Shown here piece by piece: positions 19,296 through 29,139 of a stretch of 64,000 nt of DNA (the stretch's first letter is position 1; each line of letters opens with the position of its first letter). A program made the position numbers and the translations under genes. The notes under the pieces are model-generated. The model was given only the letters and a program-made list of their open reading frames with translations, searched no databases and was not told the DNA's origin. The stretch is from Planctomycetota bacterium (GTDB lineage: Bacteria; Planctomycetota; UBA8108; SXIK01): the NCBI GenBank assembly GCA_965223265.1, contig OZ244999.1, positions 8,992,001-9,056,000 on the forward strand. The letters are read 5' to 3'.

Positions 19296-21548
19296 ATGTC
19301 GGTGTTGCACCGCAGGTTCCAAAACCTTCGTGGATTGACTCTTTCATTCTCTGTTTGGTGCGCTGCAGTGTTGACGGCAGCGGACAATGCTCCGTATCGG
19401 ATCGGTAAGTTTCCGCAGGAAATCGCCGAGCGTTACACGACGTCGCATGGGCTTCCGTCAAACGACGTCGTCCGTTTGGAAGTTGACGAGAGCGCGCGTG
19501 TCGTGGCGATCACGACAGAGGGAAATGCCGTCTTCGTGGAGGGACGCTGGATCGCCGAGACGCCTCGAAAGGGGCATGAGCCACGTTACGTCGATGTGAT
19601 ACGCCGCGGCGACGCGTTGATCCTCGCCGGCAGCGACGGACTTCTCGTGCGCGATGGAAACGGTAAAGAACGCAGGCTCCACGACGGTGACGTGAGACAG
19701 GTGGCGGTACAGTCGAATGGCAAGCTTGTTGTTGCGAGCGAGGAGGGACTCTTTGTCGAGACCGCCACAAACGAACTAGAGCGCTGGCTGGTCGCTGACG
19801 GCATGGGGCGTCACTGGGCGAGATACGACGTTCGAGGCGTAGCCGTCGACGCAGACGGCGGCGTATGGTTCGCAACCCTTGCCGGCGCGGGCGTTTCGTC
19901 AGATGGTGATTGGCGTTTCTACACCGGCAAGGAAGGGCTACCGTACAACGACTTCTCCCGGCTTGCTGCGACTCCCGGAGGCGGCGTCTGGTTCGGCACG
20001 CGGATCGGCGCCGTTCAGTTCGACGGTCGGGAGTGGAAGTATCGCCAGGGGAAAAGGTGGCTGCCACATGATGACGTGCGCGACGTTCGCGTCGCCGCTG
20101 ACGGATCCGTTTGGTTTGCAACAGCAGGCGGCGTCGGGCGTATCCGCTATCGATCGATGACACTGGCAGAGAAGGCCGAGTTCTACGAGGCAGAGATAGA
20201 GAAGTACATTCGCCGAACGCCTTTCGGCTACCTGTCGGAAGTCGGTCTCTCGGCGGTTGGGGACAAGTCGAGCAAGATCATCTATCACGACAGCGACAAC
20301 GACGGGCTGTGGACGAGCATGTACGGTGCTGGCGAGTGTTTCGCCTACGCGGCGACTCGTAGTCCGGCAGCAAAGGATCGGGCGCAGCGTGCTTTTGAGG
20401 CCCTTCGTTTCTTGCAGAAGGTGACACAGGGGTGTGAACACAGCCCGCCTAAGGGATACGTCGCGCGGACGATCCGTTCCGTCGATCTGCCTGATCCGAA
20501 CGTTGGTCGAGTCGAGCGTGATCGCCTGCATCAAGCGCATCGCGATAAGCTCTGGAAAGTCTACGAGCCGCGATGGCCAAAGAGCGCCGACGGCAAGTGG
20601 TACTGGAAGAGTGACACGAGTTCCGACGAACTCGACGGCCACTACTTTTTCTATCCCGCGTACTACGACCTTGTGGCGGAATCGGAGGCTGAGAAGGAGC
20701 GGGTCCGCGAGGTTGTGCGTGATCTAACCGATCACCTCATAGAGTATGGCTTCACAATGGTCGATCACGATGGGCGGCCGACGCGATGGGCGATCTACGG
20801 TCCACGATCGCTCAACCATGACCCGATGTGGCGCGTCGAAAGGGGCCTCAAGTCTCTGAGTATTCTATCGTACCTGGCTGTAGCCGAGCACATGACAGGC
20901 GACGCCAAATATGGCGACGCAGCGCGCCAGCTACGCGAGAGGTATGCCTACGACACCAACGCGATGGTATCGAAGATCCAGATGGGCATTGGGTCAGGAA
21001 ACCAATCCGACGACGAGATGGCATTTATGTGCTTCTACAATCTCATCAAGTATTCCAAGGACGATGCGCTCCGCGAGCAGATCTTGTACTCCTTCTACAC
21101 CAACTACGCGCTCGTTCAGCCGGAGATGAATCCCTTCTTCAACTTTGCGTACGCCGCGGCAGGATTGGGCGCCACGTACTCAGATCCGTGGGGCGAGCAC
21201 TCGATAAACCCTTGGGAGGGCTGGCTCGAAGATTCGATGAAGACCTTGACCGGCTTTCCACTCGATCGCATCGATTGGTCGCATCGAAACAGCCACCGCC
21301 TCGATATCGTCTTTCTACCGCGCCAGCAGGCAGTGGAGTTGACGGATGAGATGCAGCCCGGAAGGCGCGGCTACCTCGTCAACGGCAGGGTACTGCCGAT
21401 CGAGAATCGTCACTTCAACCACTGGAATAGTGATCCGTGGCGCCTCGACACTGGTGGCGGTGGGCGAGGTCTAGCGAGCGGCACGGTCTTTCTATTGCCG
21501 TATTACATGGGTCTCTACCACAAGTTCATCGCCGAAACCGAATCGTGA
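19296..21548 (+). CDS. secreted protein: two-component-regulator-propeller-like repeats + C-terminal (alpha/alpha)-barrel hydrolase-like domain
   Basis: signal peptide; GLPSNDV / GLPYND / WLPHDDV and DGxVWFAT repeats; HDSDNDGLWT, KSDTSSDELDGH. Confidence 0.7.
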   Translation: MSVLHRRFQNLRGLTLSFSVWCAAVLTAADNAPYRIGKFPQEIAERYTTSHGLPSNDVVRLEVDESARVVAITTEGNAVFVEGRWIAETPRKGHEPRYVDVIRRGDALILAGSDGLLVRDGNGKERRLHDGDVRQVAVQSNGKLVVASEEGLFVETATNELERWLVADGMGRHWARYDVRGVAVDADGGVWFATLAGAGVSSDGDWRFYTGKEGLPYNDFSRLAATPGGGVWFGTRIGAVQFDGREWKYRQGKRWLPHDDVRDVRVAADGSVWFATAGGVGRIRYRSMTLAEKAEFYEAEIEKYIRRTPFGYLSEVGLSAVGDKSSKIIYHDSDNDGLWTSMYGAGECFAYAATRSPAAKDRAQRAFEALRFLQKVTQGCEHSPPKGYVARTIRSVDLPDPNVGRVERDRLHQAHRDKLWKVYEPRWPKSADGKWYWKSDTSSDELDGHYFFYPAYYDLVAESEAEKERVREVVRDLTDHLIEYGFTMVDHDGRPTRWAIYGPRSLNHDPMWRVERGLKSLSILSYLAVAEHMTGDAKYGDAARQLRERYAYDTNAMVSKIQMGIGSGNQSDDEMAFMCFYNLIKYSKDDALREQILYSFYTNYALVQPEMNPFFNFAYAAAGLGATYSDPWGEHSINPWEGWLEDSMKTLTGFPLDRIDWSHRNSHRLDIVFLPRQQAVELTDEMQPGRRGYLVNGRVLPIENRHFNHWNSDPWRLDTGGGGRGLASGTVFLLPYYMGLYHKFIAETES

Positions 21549-21789
21549 GATTCTGCTACGCATGAGGGCAGCGACGTCCGAGCTTTGATCTACGAGCGGG
21601 GTTTGGTGCCTCACCCTCGCAGCGGTCGAGATCAAACTGTGCCCACACGCGGAGTTCGTTCGCTGTTCGGTTTCAGTTCGCTTCAATCGTTTCCGCAAAC
21701 CTGCGAGAATCGAGGAGCGTATCGAACGGAGTGTGGATGCGGCGTCGTAGTCTTCGCTCCGGCTATTGATGAATCTGGGAGGGAGTTCT

Positions 21790-23616
21790 ATGCGTCGCTC
21801 GCTTTCGAGGCCAACCTGGATAGCCTTTTCGCTGTCAATCTTCGCGACCTCGAGTCTCTGTGCCTCGCCGCAGATCCATCTGGACGAGGCGATGTCCCCG
21901 CCGACATGGGCACTGCTCGAAATCGAAGTGCTCGAAACCAGCAGTCGCGCGTGCGAAGAGTTCTACGCCAAGTATTTCGACACGCGGGGCTGGCTCAAGT
22001 GTGTCGAGCGGTGGGGCGGCGATGATGGCCCTGACGACGCCATCGAAAATTGTGGCGACTGGCCGATCCTTCACGCGCTTGGCGGCTCAGACAACGTTCT
22101 GAGGCTTTACAAGAAAGCATGGGAAGGCCATCTCGAGCAGTACACCAAGGCGCGCACGGTCGAAGTGCCGTTCGCCCGCGAGGGAATGTACCACAAAGAG
22201 TTTCCAGTCATGTTCGACTGGCAACACAACGCCGAAGGACTCCGTGTGTTCAACCTTCAGGGCCTCTCCGATCCGCATGATCGCGAGTTCCTGCGCCGTG
22301 TACGCCGATACGCTGGTTTCTACATGGCAGAGGACCCCGGGGCCCCGAACTATGATCCCAAGTACAAGGTGATTCGAAGCCTCTTCAACGGCAGTCGCGG
22401 CCCGCTCCTGCGCAAGACTAACGGGCTCGATTGGGCGGGAGACCGTATCGACATCGTTAACCGGTTCAATCCGCTTCATGGTGAACGCAACTACGCCGAG
22501 ATGCTCGAGCACTTCAAGGACTACAACGAAACAGTGGGCGACCACCCACTCAATTTGCTGGCGACGACATTGGCTCTCAACGCCTATATGGCGACAGGCG
22601 ATCAGAAGTACAAAGATTGGCTCCTCGAGTACGTCGACGCGTGGTACGACCGCATGGTTGAGAACGGTAACATCCTACCGAGCAACGTCGGCCTTGACGG
22701 TACGCTCGGTGGCGAGTGTGACGGTCGTTGGTACGGCGGAACGTACGGTTGGGGATTCACGGTGATCGTGCCGCAAACCGGGGGGCTCGCACATCGCAAC
22801 CGCGTGCCACGGGGTTTCGACGGATTCATGAACGCGTATCTGCTCAGCGGCGGCGATGATCGGTACCTTGAGATTTGGCGCAAGCAGATGGCGGTGGTCA
22901 ACGCTCAGATGAAGATGGTCGACGGCAAGGCCATGTATCCTCGTATGTATGGTGACGACGGTTGGTATGCGTACACCGATCAGAAGTACACGGAGAACTC
23001 GCTCCAGATTTACTACTTGTCGATGCGCGATGAAGACCGTTCTGTGGTGCCACCGAATCCTTGGCTGGAGTTCCTCGACGGCTCGCGTCCTGACTATCCA
23101 GAGCGTGCTCTGGCTGAAGACCTGGCTCGAATCCGCTCCCGCGTGCTCGCCATGCGAGCTGACACGACGAGCGCCGACACGCGCCTCGCCGATGATCCCA
23201 TGGGATACAATCCCGCCGTCGTCCGCGCCGTGCGCGAGCTCATGATCGGCGCACTCGACCCCGGACGACGGGCGAGTGCGCTCTTCAGCCGCATTCGCTA
23301 TTTCGATCCGACGACGCGGCGCGCAGGCATACCGCCGAAGGTTGCATCTCTGGTGCACAAGATGACTGCGGACGAAACCGCTGTGACGATCGTCAACACC
23401 GATCAACTCACCTCCCGCGAGCTCATCGTGCAGGCTGGAGCCTACGCCGAGCACGAGTTCGTGTCAGTTGAGGTCAACGGCAAAACGTATCCTGTGAACG
23501 GCCCTCGCTTCACGGTCTTCTTGGACCCGGGAGCCGGTGCTGATCTCCGCTTGCACATGCGCCGTTTCGTGCGTCAGCCAGCCATGGCGATGCCTTGGGA
23601 TCGCGCTGGGAAGTAA
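21790..23616 (+). CDS. conserved secreted hypothetical protein (aromatic-rich, possibly glycoside hydrolase-like)
   Basis: RBS GGGAG before ATG 21790; signal peptide; RWGGDDGPDDAIEN, DWQHNAEG, WYGGTYGW. Confidence 0.7.
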   Translation: MRRSLSRPTWIAFSLSIFATSSLCASPQIHLDEAMSPPTWALLEIEVLETSSRACEEFYAKYFDTRGWLKCVERWGGDDGPDDAIENCGDWPILHALGGSDNVLRLYKKAWEGHLEQYTKARTVEVPFAREGMYHKEFPVMFDWQHNAEGLRVFNLQGLSDPHDREFLRRVRRYAGFYMAEDPGAPNYDPKYKVIRSLFNGSRGPLLRKTNGLDWAGDRIDIVNRFNPLHGERNYAEMLEHFKDYNETVGDHPLNLLATTLALNAYMATGDQKYKDWLLEYVDAWYDRMVENGNILPSNVGLDGTLGGECDGRWYGGTYGWGFTVIVPQTGGLAHRNRVPRGFDGFMNAYLLSGGDDRYLEIWRKQMAVVNAQMKMVDGKAMYPRMYGDDGWYAYTDQKYTENSLQIYYLSMRDEDRSVVPPNPWLEFLDGSRPDYPERALAEDLARIRSRVLAMRADTTSADTRLADDPMGYNPAVVRAVRELMIGALDPGRRASALFSRIRYFDPTTRRAGIPPKVASLVHKMTADETAVTIVNTDQLTSRELIVQAGAYAEHEFVSVEVNGKTYPVNGPRFTVFLDPGAGADLRLHMRRFVRQPAMAMPWDRAGK

Positions 23617-23619
23617 CGA

Positions 23620-23715
23620 GAGACGGAGACAGACGCCGTCGTTGCGAAAGAGAGGCGCTTCTTAGCCATGCGGGATGCGATTGCGTGTGGGAGTGGAGTG
23701 GGCGAGTGCGAGTGC
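23620..23715. repeat. hexamer-array locus B
   Basis: GAGACG GAGACA GACGCC 3 nt after the stop at 23616, then an oppositely oriented block (CGATTGCGTGTGGGAGTGGAGTGGGCGAGTGCGAGTGC). Confidence 0.6.
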
Positions 23716-23718
23716 TCA

Positions 23719-23870
23719 AGTAGCAAGCACACTCCGAGCTGGGAAGTTTTTGAAACGTGCCGTCGCAACTCACGGAACCCTCCGGAACGGCACACGGCGT
23801 GTGCCTGCTACTATAGAGACGTCGCCAACGCGCTCTTCAAAGTAGCAGGCACACGCCGTGTGCCGTTCCG
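23719..23870. repeat. GTAG-family REP cluster (REPIN-like)
   Basis: perfect 30-bp inverted pair 23783-23812 / 23841-23870 (AGTAGCAGGCACACGCCGTGTGCCGTTCCG), plus an interrupted copy starting at 23719. Confidence 0.85.
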
Positions 23871-24035
23871 AACGCGGGTCCAACGGGCGCCAGTTCAGTC
23901 GAAGGTCCGAATTGGCCGACACGGCACATCGGCAACCTCACCAAGCGTGAGTTCGCCGCGACGCCCCACAATCGCCGATCGCGCCTGAGGAGAAGGGTTT
24001 AAAAGCCCTTCCTGCGAAAAACTTATGCAACTGCA

Positions 24036-24110
24036 GGGGCAGAGACGGAGACTGAACGCCCACGCCCACGCACAACGCACAACGCACAACGCACAACGCA
24101 CAACGCAAAC
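24036..24110 (+). repeat. hexamer/heptamer array locus C
   Basis: GGGGCA GAGACG GAGACT, CACGCC units, then CGCACAA x5 (24069-24103). Confidence 0.8.
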
Positions 24111-24181
24111 CTCTCCGCGCCACCCAACGATCGCACTCCGACTCTCGGCCGCGTTCCTGGAGCGGGCGCTGTCCTCGCGGC

Positions 24182-25441
24182 CTAGGGCGCCCGAGCGTCC
24201 GCCCGGCGCTGGCGCCAAATCGGCAGGCTCACCCATGTGAAGAGGATCGCCGCGGCGATGCAGAGTGTGCCGATGACCACGTAGAGTCCGTTCCAACCGA
24301 ACCACGTGACGACGTAGCTCAGTGCGGGCGCACCGGCGAACAGTCCGATGTCGATAGACATCAGCGCTAGCGTCGACCCGGTGCCGCGCACGTCGCTTGG
24401 GAATCGGTCGAGACAGAGAGAGGCGATCGTGTGGAACGATAACGCGTGACCGGTGCCGCAGATGATGCCAGGAATGATCATCAGCCGTGGAGAGTCCACC
24501 GGTACCAGTAGAAAGGAAAACATCCCGAGACCCATGAACAGCATGCCTGCGATCAGTACTTTGCGCCTGCCGCGACGGTCCGGCACTCGGCGGGAGGCCA
24601 CCCGCACGATCAGCCCCCAAAGTCCATAACCAAGAAAGTAGACGGCGATCGGGGACGTAGGGTGGGCCGAAAGCCCCACGTCGTCGACGTATTTCGCAAC
24701 CCACACCGACGGCACGGTCATGCAGACACCAAAGACGACGTTGATGGCGATGATCGCTCCTGGCCAATAGCGCCGCACGTTGGCAAAGAATTCTCTTAGG
24801 CCGACGTTTGCTGCTTGGTCGCGGCCGTGCGGAGTGGTGCGCAAGGAAGCGACGAGGATAGCCGGAAGAAGGAGCGCGACAGCGGCGACGATGAAGAGGA
24901 GCTCGAAGTCTTCGCGTGTTCGATCGCCACTGCCGAGAATCACGACACCCAAGTATGGCCCGACGAGCATCCCGATGAATCCGCCGCCGCCGAGGATGCC
25001 GATCGCTTCAGTGCGACGTGAGCGCGGCGCACTCTGCGAGATGTAGGTCATGCTGCTGGCGAACGCGAACGCCGGCCCCAGGACGAGTGCCCCTCGCACC
25101 AAAAAGATGCCGACGCCGAGGTCGTGGAGAAAGAGATTGCCGAGGGAACCGACACCGAAGATGGCATAGCCCAGAAGCCAGGTCGAGCGTGCGCCGAATC
25201 GATTGATCAGCTCTCCAAGCCAGGGGCGCAGTACGACGCTGGCGATCGAACCGACGCCCATGATCCAGCCGACGCTGGTGACGTCGCCACCGAGCTGCGT
25301 GATCCAGCGAGCGTAGTGGTTCATCAGGTTGACAGCCAGCGTGAAGCAGGTCTGGCTGATGAACGCGAAGAGGAAGCCTCGGTCGTAGAGTCTGCCGCTG
25401 GTGAACTCGTCGTCTTCTGCTGGTGGTTGGCTCGGCTGCAT
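24182..25441 (-). CDS. MFS transporter
   Basis: about 12 hydrophobic segments; motif-A-like GELINRFGAR and PDRRGRR. Confidence 0.9.
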   Translation of the reverse strand: MQPSQPPAEDDEFTSGRLYDRGFLFAFISQTCFTLAVNLMNHYARWITQLGGDVTSVGWIMGVGSIASVVLRPWLGELINRFGARSTWLLGYAIFGVGSLGNLFLHDLGVGIFLVRGALVLGPAFAFASSMTYISQSAPRSRRTEAIGILGGGGFIGMLVGPYLGVVILGSGDRTREDFELLFIVAAVALLLPAILVASLRTTPHGRDQAANVGLREFFANVRRYWPGAIIAINVVFGVCMTVPSVWVAKYVDDVGLSAHPTSPIAVYFLGYGLWGLIVRVASRRVPDRRGRRKVLIAGMLFMGLGMFSFLLVPVDSPRLMIIPGIICGTGHALSFHTIASLCLDRFPSDVRGTGSTLALMSIDIGLFAGAPALSYVVTWFGWNGLYVVIGTLCIAAAILFTWVSLPIWRQRRADARAP

Positions 25442-25586
25442 TTTCGGTCTCCTACGGTACAGCCGAACCTTTGCTCTTGCTACGGGGATTCTGGGCCTAC
25501 CATGGGACGTGGCTTTTTATGCACCCGAATCTACGGGCCTTGAGTTAAGCTCACGAATCCGTTGAAAGCCGCCAGGAGACGAAACG

Positions 25587-26588
25587 ATGGAATACCGCAA
25601 TGTGGGCAAGGCCGGAGTGAAGGTTTCGCCGATCTGCCTCGGGACGATGATGTTTGGTGGACAGACGTCCGAGGCCGACTCGATCGAGATCATGCACAAG
25701 GCATTCGATCTCGGTATAAATTTTTTCGACACGGCGAACATCTACAACGCTGGAGAGTCGGAGGCCGTGGTCGGCAAGGGCCTGAGAGACCGGCGTGACA
25801 AAGTGATCATCGCCACCAAGGGACGATCACCCATGGGCAGCGGTCCGAACGAGAGCGGCGCCAGCCGCGTCCACCTGATGCACGAGCTCGATGCGAGCCT
25901 CAAACGCCTCGGAACCGACTACGTCGATGTCTACTACGCGCACGCTCCGGACTACACCACCCCGATTGAAGAGACGCTGAGAACCCTCGACGACATGGTG
26001 CGGAGCGGGCGAGTTCGCTACATCGCCTGTTCAAACTATCGCGCTTGGCGCGTCGCCGAGGCGCTCTGGACAAGCGACTGTCGAAACCTGAACTCATTCT
26101 GTTGCGTTCAGCCGCTCTACAACATCTTCAATAGAGACATTGAGGTCGAGCTCTTGCCGCTTTGCCAGGAGCATCGTCTCGGGGTTGTCACTTACAGCCC
26201 GCTGGCTCGAGGTATCCTCACTGGCAAGTATCGTCCCGGCGAGAAGTACCCAGAGGGAAGCCGTGCTTCGCGCAACGACCCGCGCATGCAACAGGCCGAG
26301 ATCCGAGACGCGAGCTTTGAGCTGTCACAGCAAATTGCAACTCACTGCGAGAAGAGAGATGTGGCGATGTCGCAATTTGCGGTTGCTTGGTGCCTCGCGA
26401 ATCCGATCGTCACCGCGGTGATTCTCGGACCACGGACGATGGCGCAGTTTGACGACAACATGGGCTGTCTCGATGTGACGATCGGCGCGGACGACGAGGC
26501 CTTCGTCGACGGCCTGGTGCCACCCGGCGAGCACAGTGGCAAAGGGTTTCCGGATCCGGCGTATCCGATCACCGGCAGGGGGAAGTAG
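25587..26588 (+). CDS. aldo/keto reductase
   Basis: ICLGTMMFG, FFDTANIY, IATK, SLKRLGTDYVDVYYAH, YSPLARGILTGKY. Confidence 0.95.
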   Translation: MEYRNVGKAGVKVSPICLGTMMFGGQTSEADSIEIMHKAFDLGINFFDTANIYNAGESEAVVGKGLRDRRDKVIIATKGRSPMGSGPNESGASRVHLMHELDASLKRLGTDYVDVYYAHAPDYTTPIEETLRTLDDMVRSGRVRYIACSNYRAWRVAEALWTSDCRNLNSFCCVQPLYNIFNRDIEVELLPLCQEHRLGVVTYSPLARGILTGKYRPGEKYPEGSRASRNDPRMQQAEIRDASFELSQQIATHCEKRDVAMSQFAVAWCLANPIVTAVILGPRTMAQFDDNMGCLDVTIGADDEAFVDGLVPPGEHSGKGFPDPAYPITGRGK

Positions 26589-26637
26589 CCTCGCCGACTG
26601 TTACGCCGCGGCAGGACAGACCAGCGAGCCGCGACAC

Positions 26638-26680
26638 AAAAAAGGAGGACGCAGCTACGGGGCTCGCCAGCTGCGTCCTT
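26638..26680 (-). terminator. intrinsic terminator after the dockerin/cohesin gene
   Basis: 11-bp stem AGGACGCAGCT / AGCTGCGTCCT with an A6 run on the + strand (U tail on -). Confidence 0.7.
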
Positions 26681-26727
26681 GGTGGACCGGGCCTCGAGTT
26701 GGGTCAGCGTATCTGCGCGCTGCTGCG

Positions 26728-28527
26728 CTATTCGTCGGAGATTCCACCGCGGCAGACGAGTGGATCGTCCGGCGTCGGATCCTTGCCAAGAGACGGGAAC
26801 GGTTCAGGGAGTTCCGTGTCGTCGACAAAGAGCGCTTGGAGAGTCATGATCGGATCGGAGATGTCCACACCGCCGTCGTCGTTGGCGTCCGCGGCGTCGA
26901 GACAGTTGGGAGCCTCACCGCTGACGAAGAGGTAGTTGAGCGTGAAGCGTGGATCGGAGATGTCGACGGCGCCGTCGGCGTTGGCGTCGCCGCGCAGGAA
27001 GAAGGCGCTGACGTCGGGCAGGATGTTGAGCGTGGCGTCGAAGAACAACATCGAGTTGAGTTCTTCGGGCAGGACAGACACACCGAACACGGTGATCAAA
27101 TTGATCACGCCAGGGTCAGTGCCGCCGACCCGGCCGCCATCAAGAAAGCGCAGTTCCGTCGCTTGGGCCTGCGTGCCCTCCTCGATTCGGAACTTGATGA
27201 ACACCACCTCATTGTCAGTTTCGGCTGGAAGGCTCGGTGCCACCCCGAGGAGATCGACGACGCCGGCTGCGACAACGAAACCCTCGTCCACACCACCATT
27301 TCCTGGAGTGTCATTGGCGTTGTCGAAGTCCGCTCGGAAGAACGGTGTCGCACCTGGTTGGATGAAATTCTCGTTCACTTCGAGAACGTCCAATACTTCT
27401 TCGTCGAAGTCGATAGACACCGAGAAACCTTGCACTTCGTGGCTGGCACGAATGACGAGAGGTATGTCGACCGTCTCGCCAGGGGAGGCAGAGGTGCTGC
27501 GGAGAAGGTACTGCGCATCGACTTCAGAGACGTCGGGCGGCGGTGGATTTGGATTTGGATTCGGTCCGGAGCCATCGCCTCCCGACGATGAATTCTCGCT
27601 GAGCTCACCGGAGGCGACACAAGTCGCGCCGTCCGCGAGCGTCGAATCTACCGCCAATGTCGTGCCGACGAGCTGCGGCGTGATTCCTCGGCCGGCCTCG
27701 GAGCAGCCGGTTTCGCCGCATCCCGAGACGAGCTCACCGCTCAGCATAGTGATGGCGTATTCACCGGCGGTGGTGCCGGGTTCGAGGCAGAAGCCGACCC
27801 GGGCGAACGTCAGATCTTCGCCCGGTGAGACCGAGGTTCGTGCCAGTAAGTCCGGTACGGCGATGATCTCTACGACCCCGTCTTGTTTGAACGCACTGAA
27901 GAACGACGGTCCGTCGTCGATGCCGGGGAATTCCGCGCCAGCTGCGGCACCGTCGGAAATGATGCCGTCATCGTCGGCGAAAGTGAGCGCTAAAGCCGAG
28001 ATGGGGTGTGAGCTGGAGAACCCGATAGTGAGGATGATGCTTGAATCGTCCTCATCTGCGGTGACGCTCTCTACGATGGAGATCGAAGCGTCCGGATCGT
28101 TGATCGACGTTCCACCACCGTAGGCGTCGCAGTCGAGATCATCCTCGTTGGGGTCGGCGCCCGTGTCGGGAAACGGGGCCGCGAGGCTCATGCCAGATTT
28201 CGAAAGGTAGTGCAGCGTCCGAATCGGGTCGCTGATGTCGACGTCGCCGTCGTCGTTGGTGTCCAACGCATCGAAGCAGGTGGGGGGCTCACCGCCGCTG
28301 AAGAGAAACGCTAGCGTGTGGATCGCGTCGGCAGTCGTGACGGTGCCGTCGGAATTGGAGTCACCGCGCAGGAAGTCAACCGCGGGCAGCTGCGTGCTCA
28401 GAGTCAGCGCGCAAATCAAGACGCCGCTGAGGATTCTCCACGACGAGGTTGTCGGGCGTCGTTGCGATCGTGGTGTGCCGCCTCCGCGGAGTACGGTCGG
28501 CCGGTGCACTGCTCGAAATTCTTTCAT
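26728..28527 (-). CDS. secreted dockerin-cohesin-cohesin-dockerin-like protein
   Basis: ATG 28527 after GGAGGGAG; signal peptide; N-terminal FLRGDSNSDG...DTNDDGDVDISD and C-terminal FLRGDANADG...DANDDGGVDISD duplicated Ca-loops; two beta-rich domains joined by GPNPNPNPPPP (cohesin identity is inference). Confidence 0.75.
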   Translation of the reverse strand: MKEFRAVHRPTVLRGGGTPRSQRRPTTSSWRILSGVLICALTLSTQLPAVDFLRGDSNSDGTVTTADAIHTLAFLFSGGEPPTCFDALDTNDDGDVDISDPIRTLHYLSKSGMSLAAPFPDTGADPNEDDLDCDAYGGGTSINDPDASISIVESVTADEDDSSIILTIGFSSSHPISALALTFADDDGIISDGAAAGAEFPGIDDGPSFFSAFKQDGVVEIIAVPDLLARTSVSPGEDLTFARVGFCLEPGTTAGEYAITMLSGELVSGCGETGCSEAGRGITPQLVGTTLAVDSTLADGATCVASGELSENSSSGGDGSGPNPNPNPPPPDVSEVDAQYLLRSTSASPGETVDIPLVIRASHEVQGFSVSIDFDEEVLDVLEVNENFIQPGATPFFRADFDNANDTPGNGGVDEGFVVAAGVVDLLGVAPSLPAETDNEVVFIKFRIEEGTQAQATELRFLDGGRVGGTDPGVINLITVFGVSVLPEELNSMLFFDATLNILPDVSAFFLRGDANADGAVDISDPRFTLNYLFVSGEAPNCLDAADANDDGGVDISDPIMTLQALFVDDTELPEPFPSLGKDPTPDDPLVCRGGISDE

Positions 28528-28623
28528 GTCTCCCTCCATGTTCGATGAAAATGCTCGGTGGGTCGCTGCCGCGGAGTTCCCGGGAAGCGGCAGTGAAGGG
28601 CCCTCTCTTCGAACAGCTCGTGA

Positions 28624-28639
28624 AGCAATCGCCGTGCCG
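28624..28639 (-). promoter_or_regulatory. putative sigma54 (-24/-12) promoter for the dockerin/cohesin gene
   Basis: minus strand CGGCACGGCGATTGCT matches YGGCAC-N5-TTGCW, about 97 nt upstream of ATG 28527; a sigma54 activator gene is divergent. Confidence 0.7.
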
Positions 28640-29139
28640 CGGGCCCTTGGTATGGCTGCAGAAAGTGATCATGGGAAGGACGAACAAGTGATCGTAAGTG
28701 ATTCGATCGTGGTTGGTAACGTCAAGTGCTCCTGTCGACTCCGGGCAGGCTGTTTCCATGACTGAAACGCTTCGACTCGTCCTTTGGTAAAGGCTCGCTT
28801 ACATCTGCCTCGAGAGGAAACAACATCGGGTTGAGAGTGCGCCACCGCGTCGATGTTCGGCCTGGACCCGAGTGAGGCGAGCCTCAGTTCAGGGTTCGCG
28901 TTCTTGATCCGCCCGGCGGGCTGCGAGTGGCGGCCAGGCATTTGCTCCTCCTTTCGCCGGCGCCGGGGGCGCTCGCCGTGACGGACTGACAATGGCTCGT
29001 GGCACCCGGAGGGACTAAAAAAGCCGGGTTTCTCGCGCCCCCGACCCGATCCGCTGCGACGGGGGACCCGGACGATGGCGTCGCCGGGGTGTAATATGGA
29101 ATTTACGTTATAGGGTGACGATTCAACCCCAGGTTGAAG

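Noticed and set aside
23700-24140. CRISPR array
   Set aside because: Repeats are inverted REP pairs and 6-7-mers without regular unique spacers, and there are no cas genes.
26536-28123. Long + strand ORFs (351 and 395 aa), similarly 45906-47003, 7917-8828 and 37227-38192
   Set aside because: These are antisense shadows of well-supported genes, expected in GC-rich DNA, and show no motifs.
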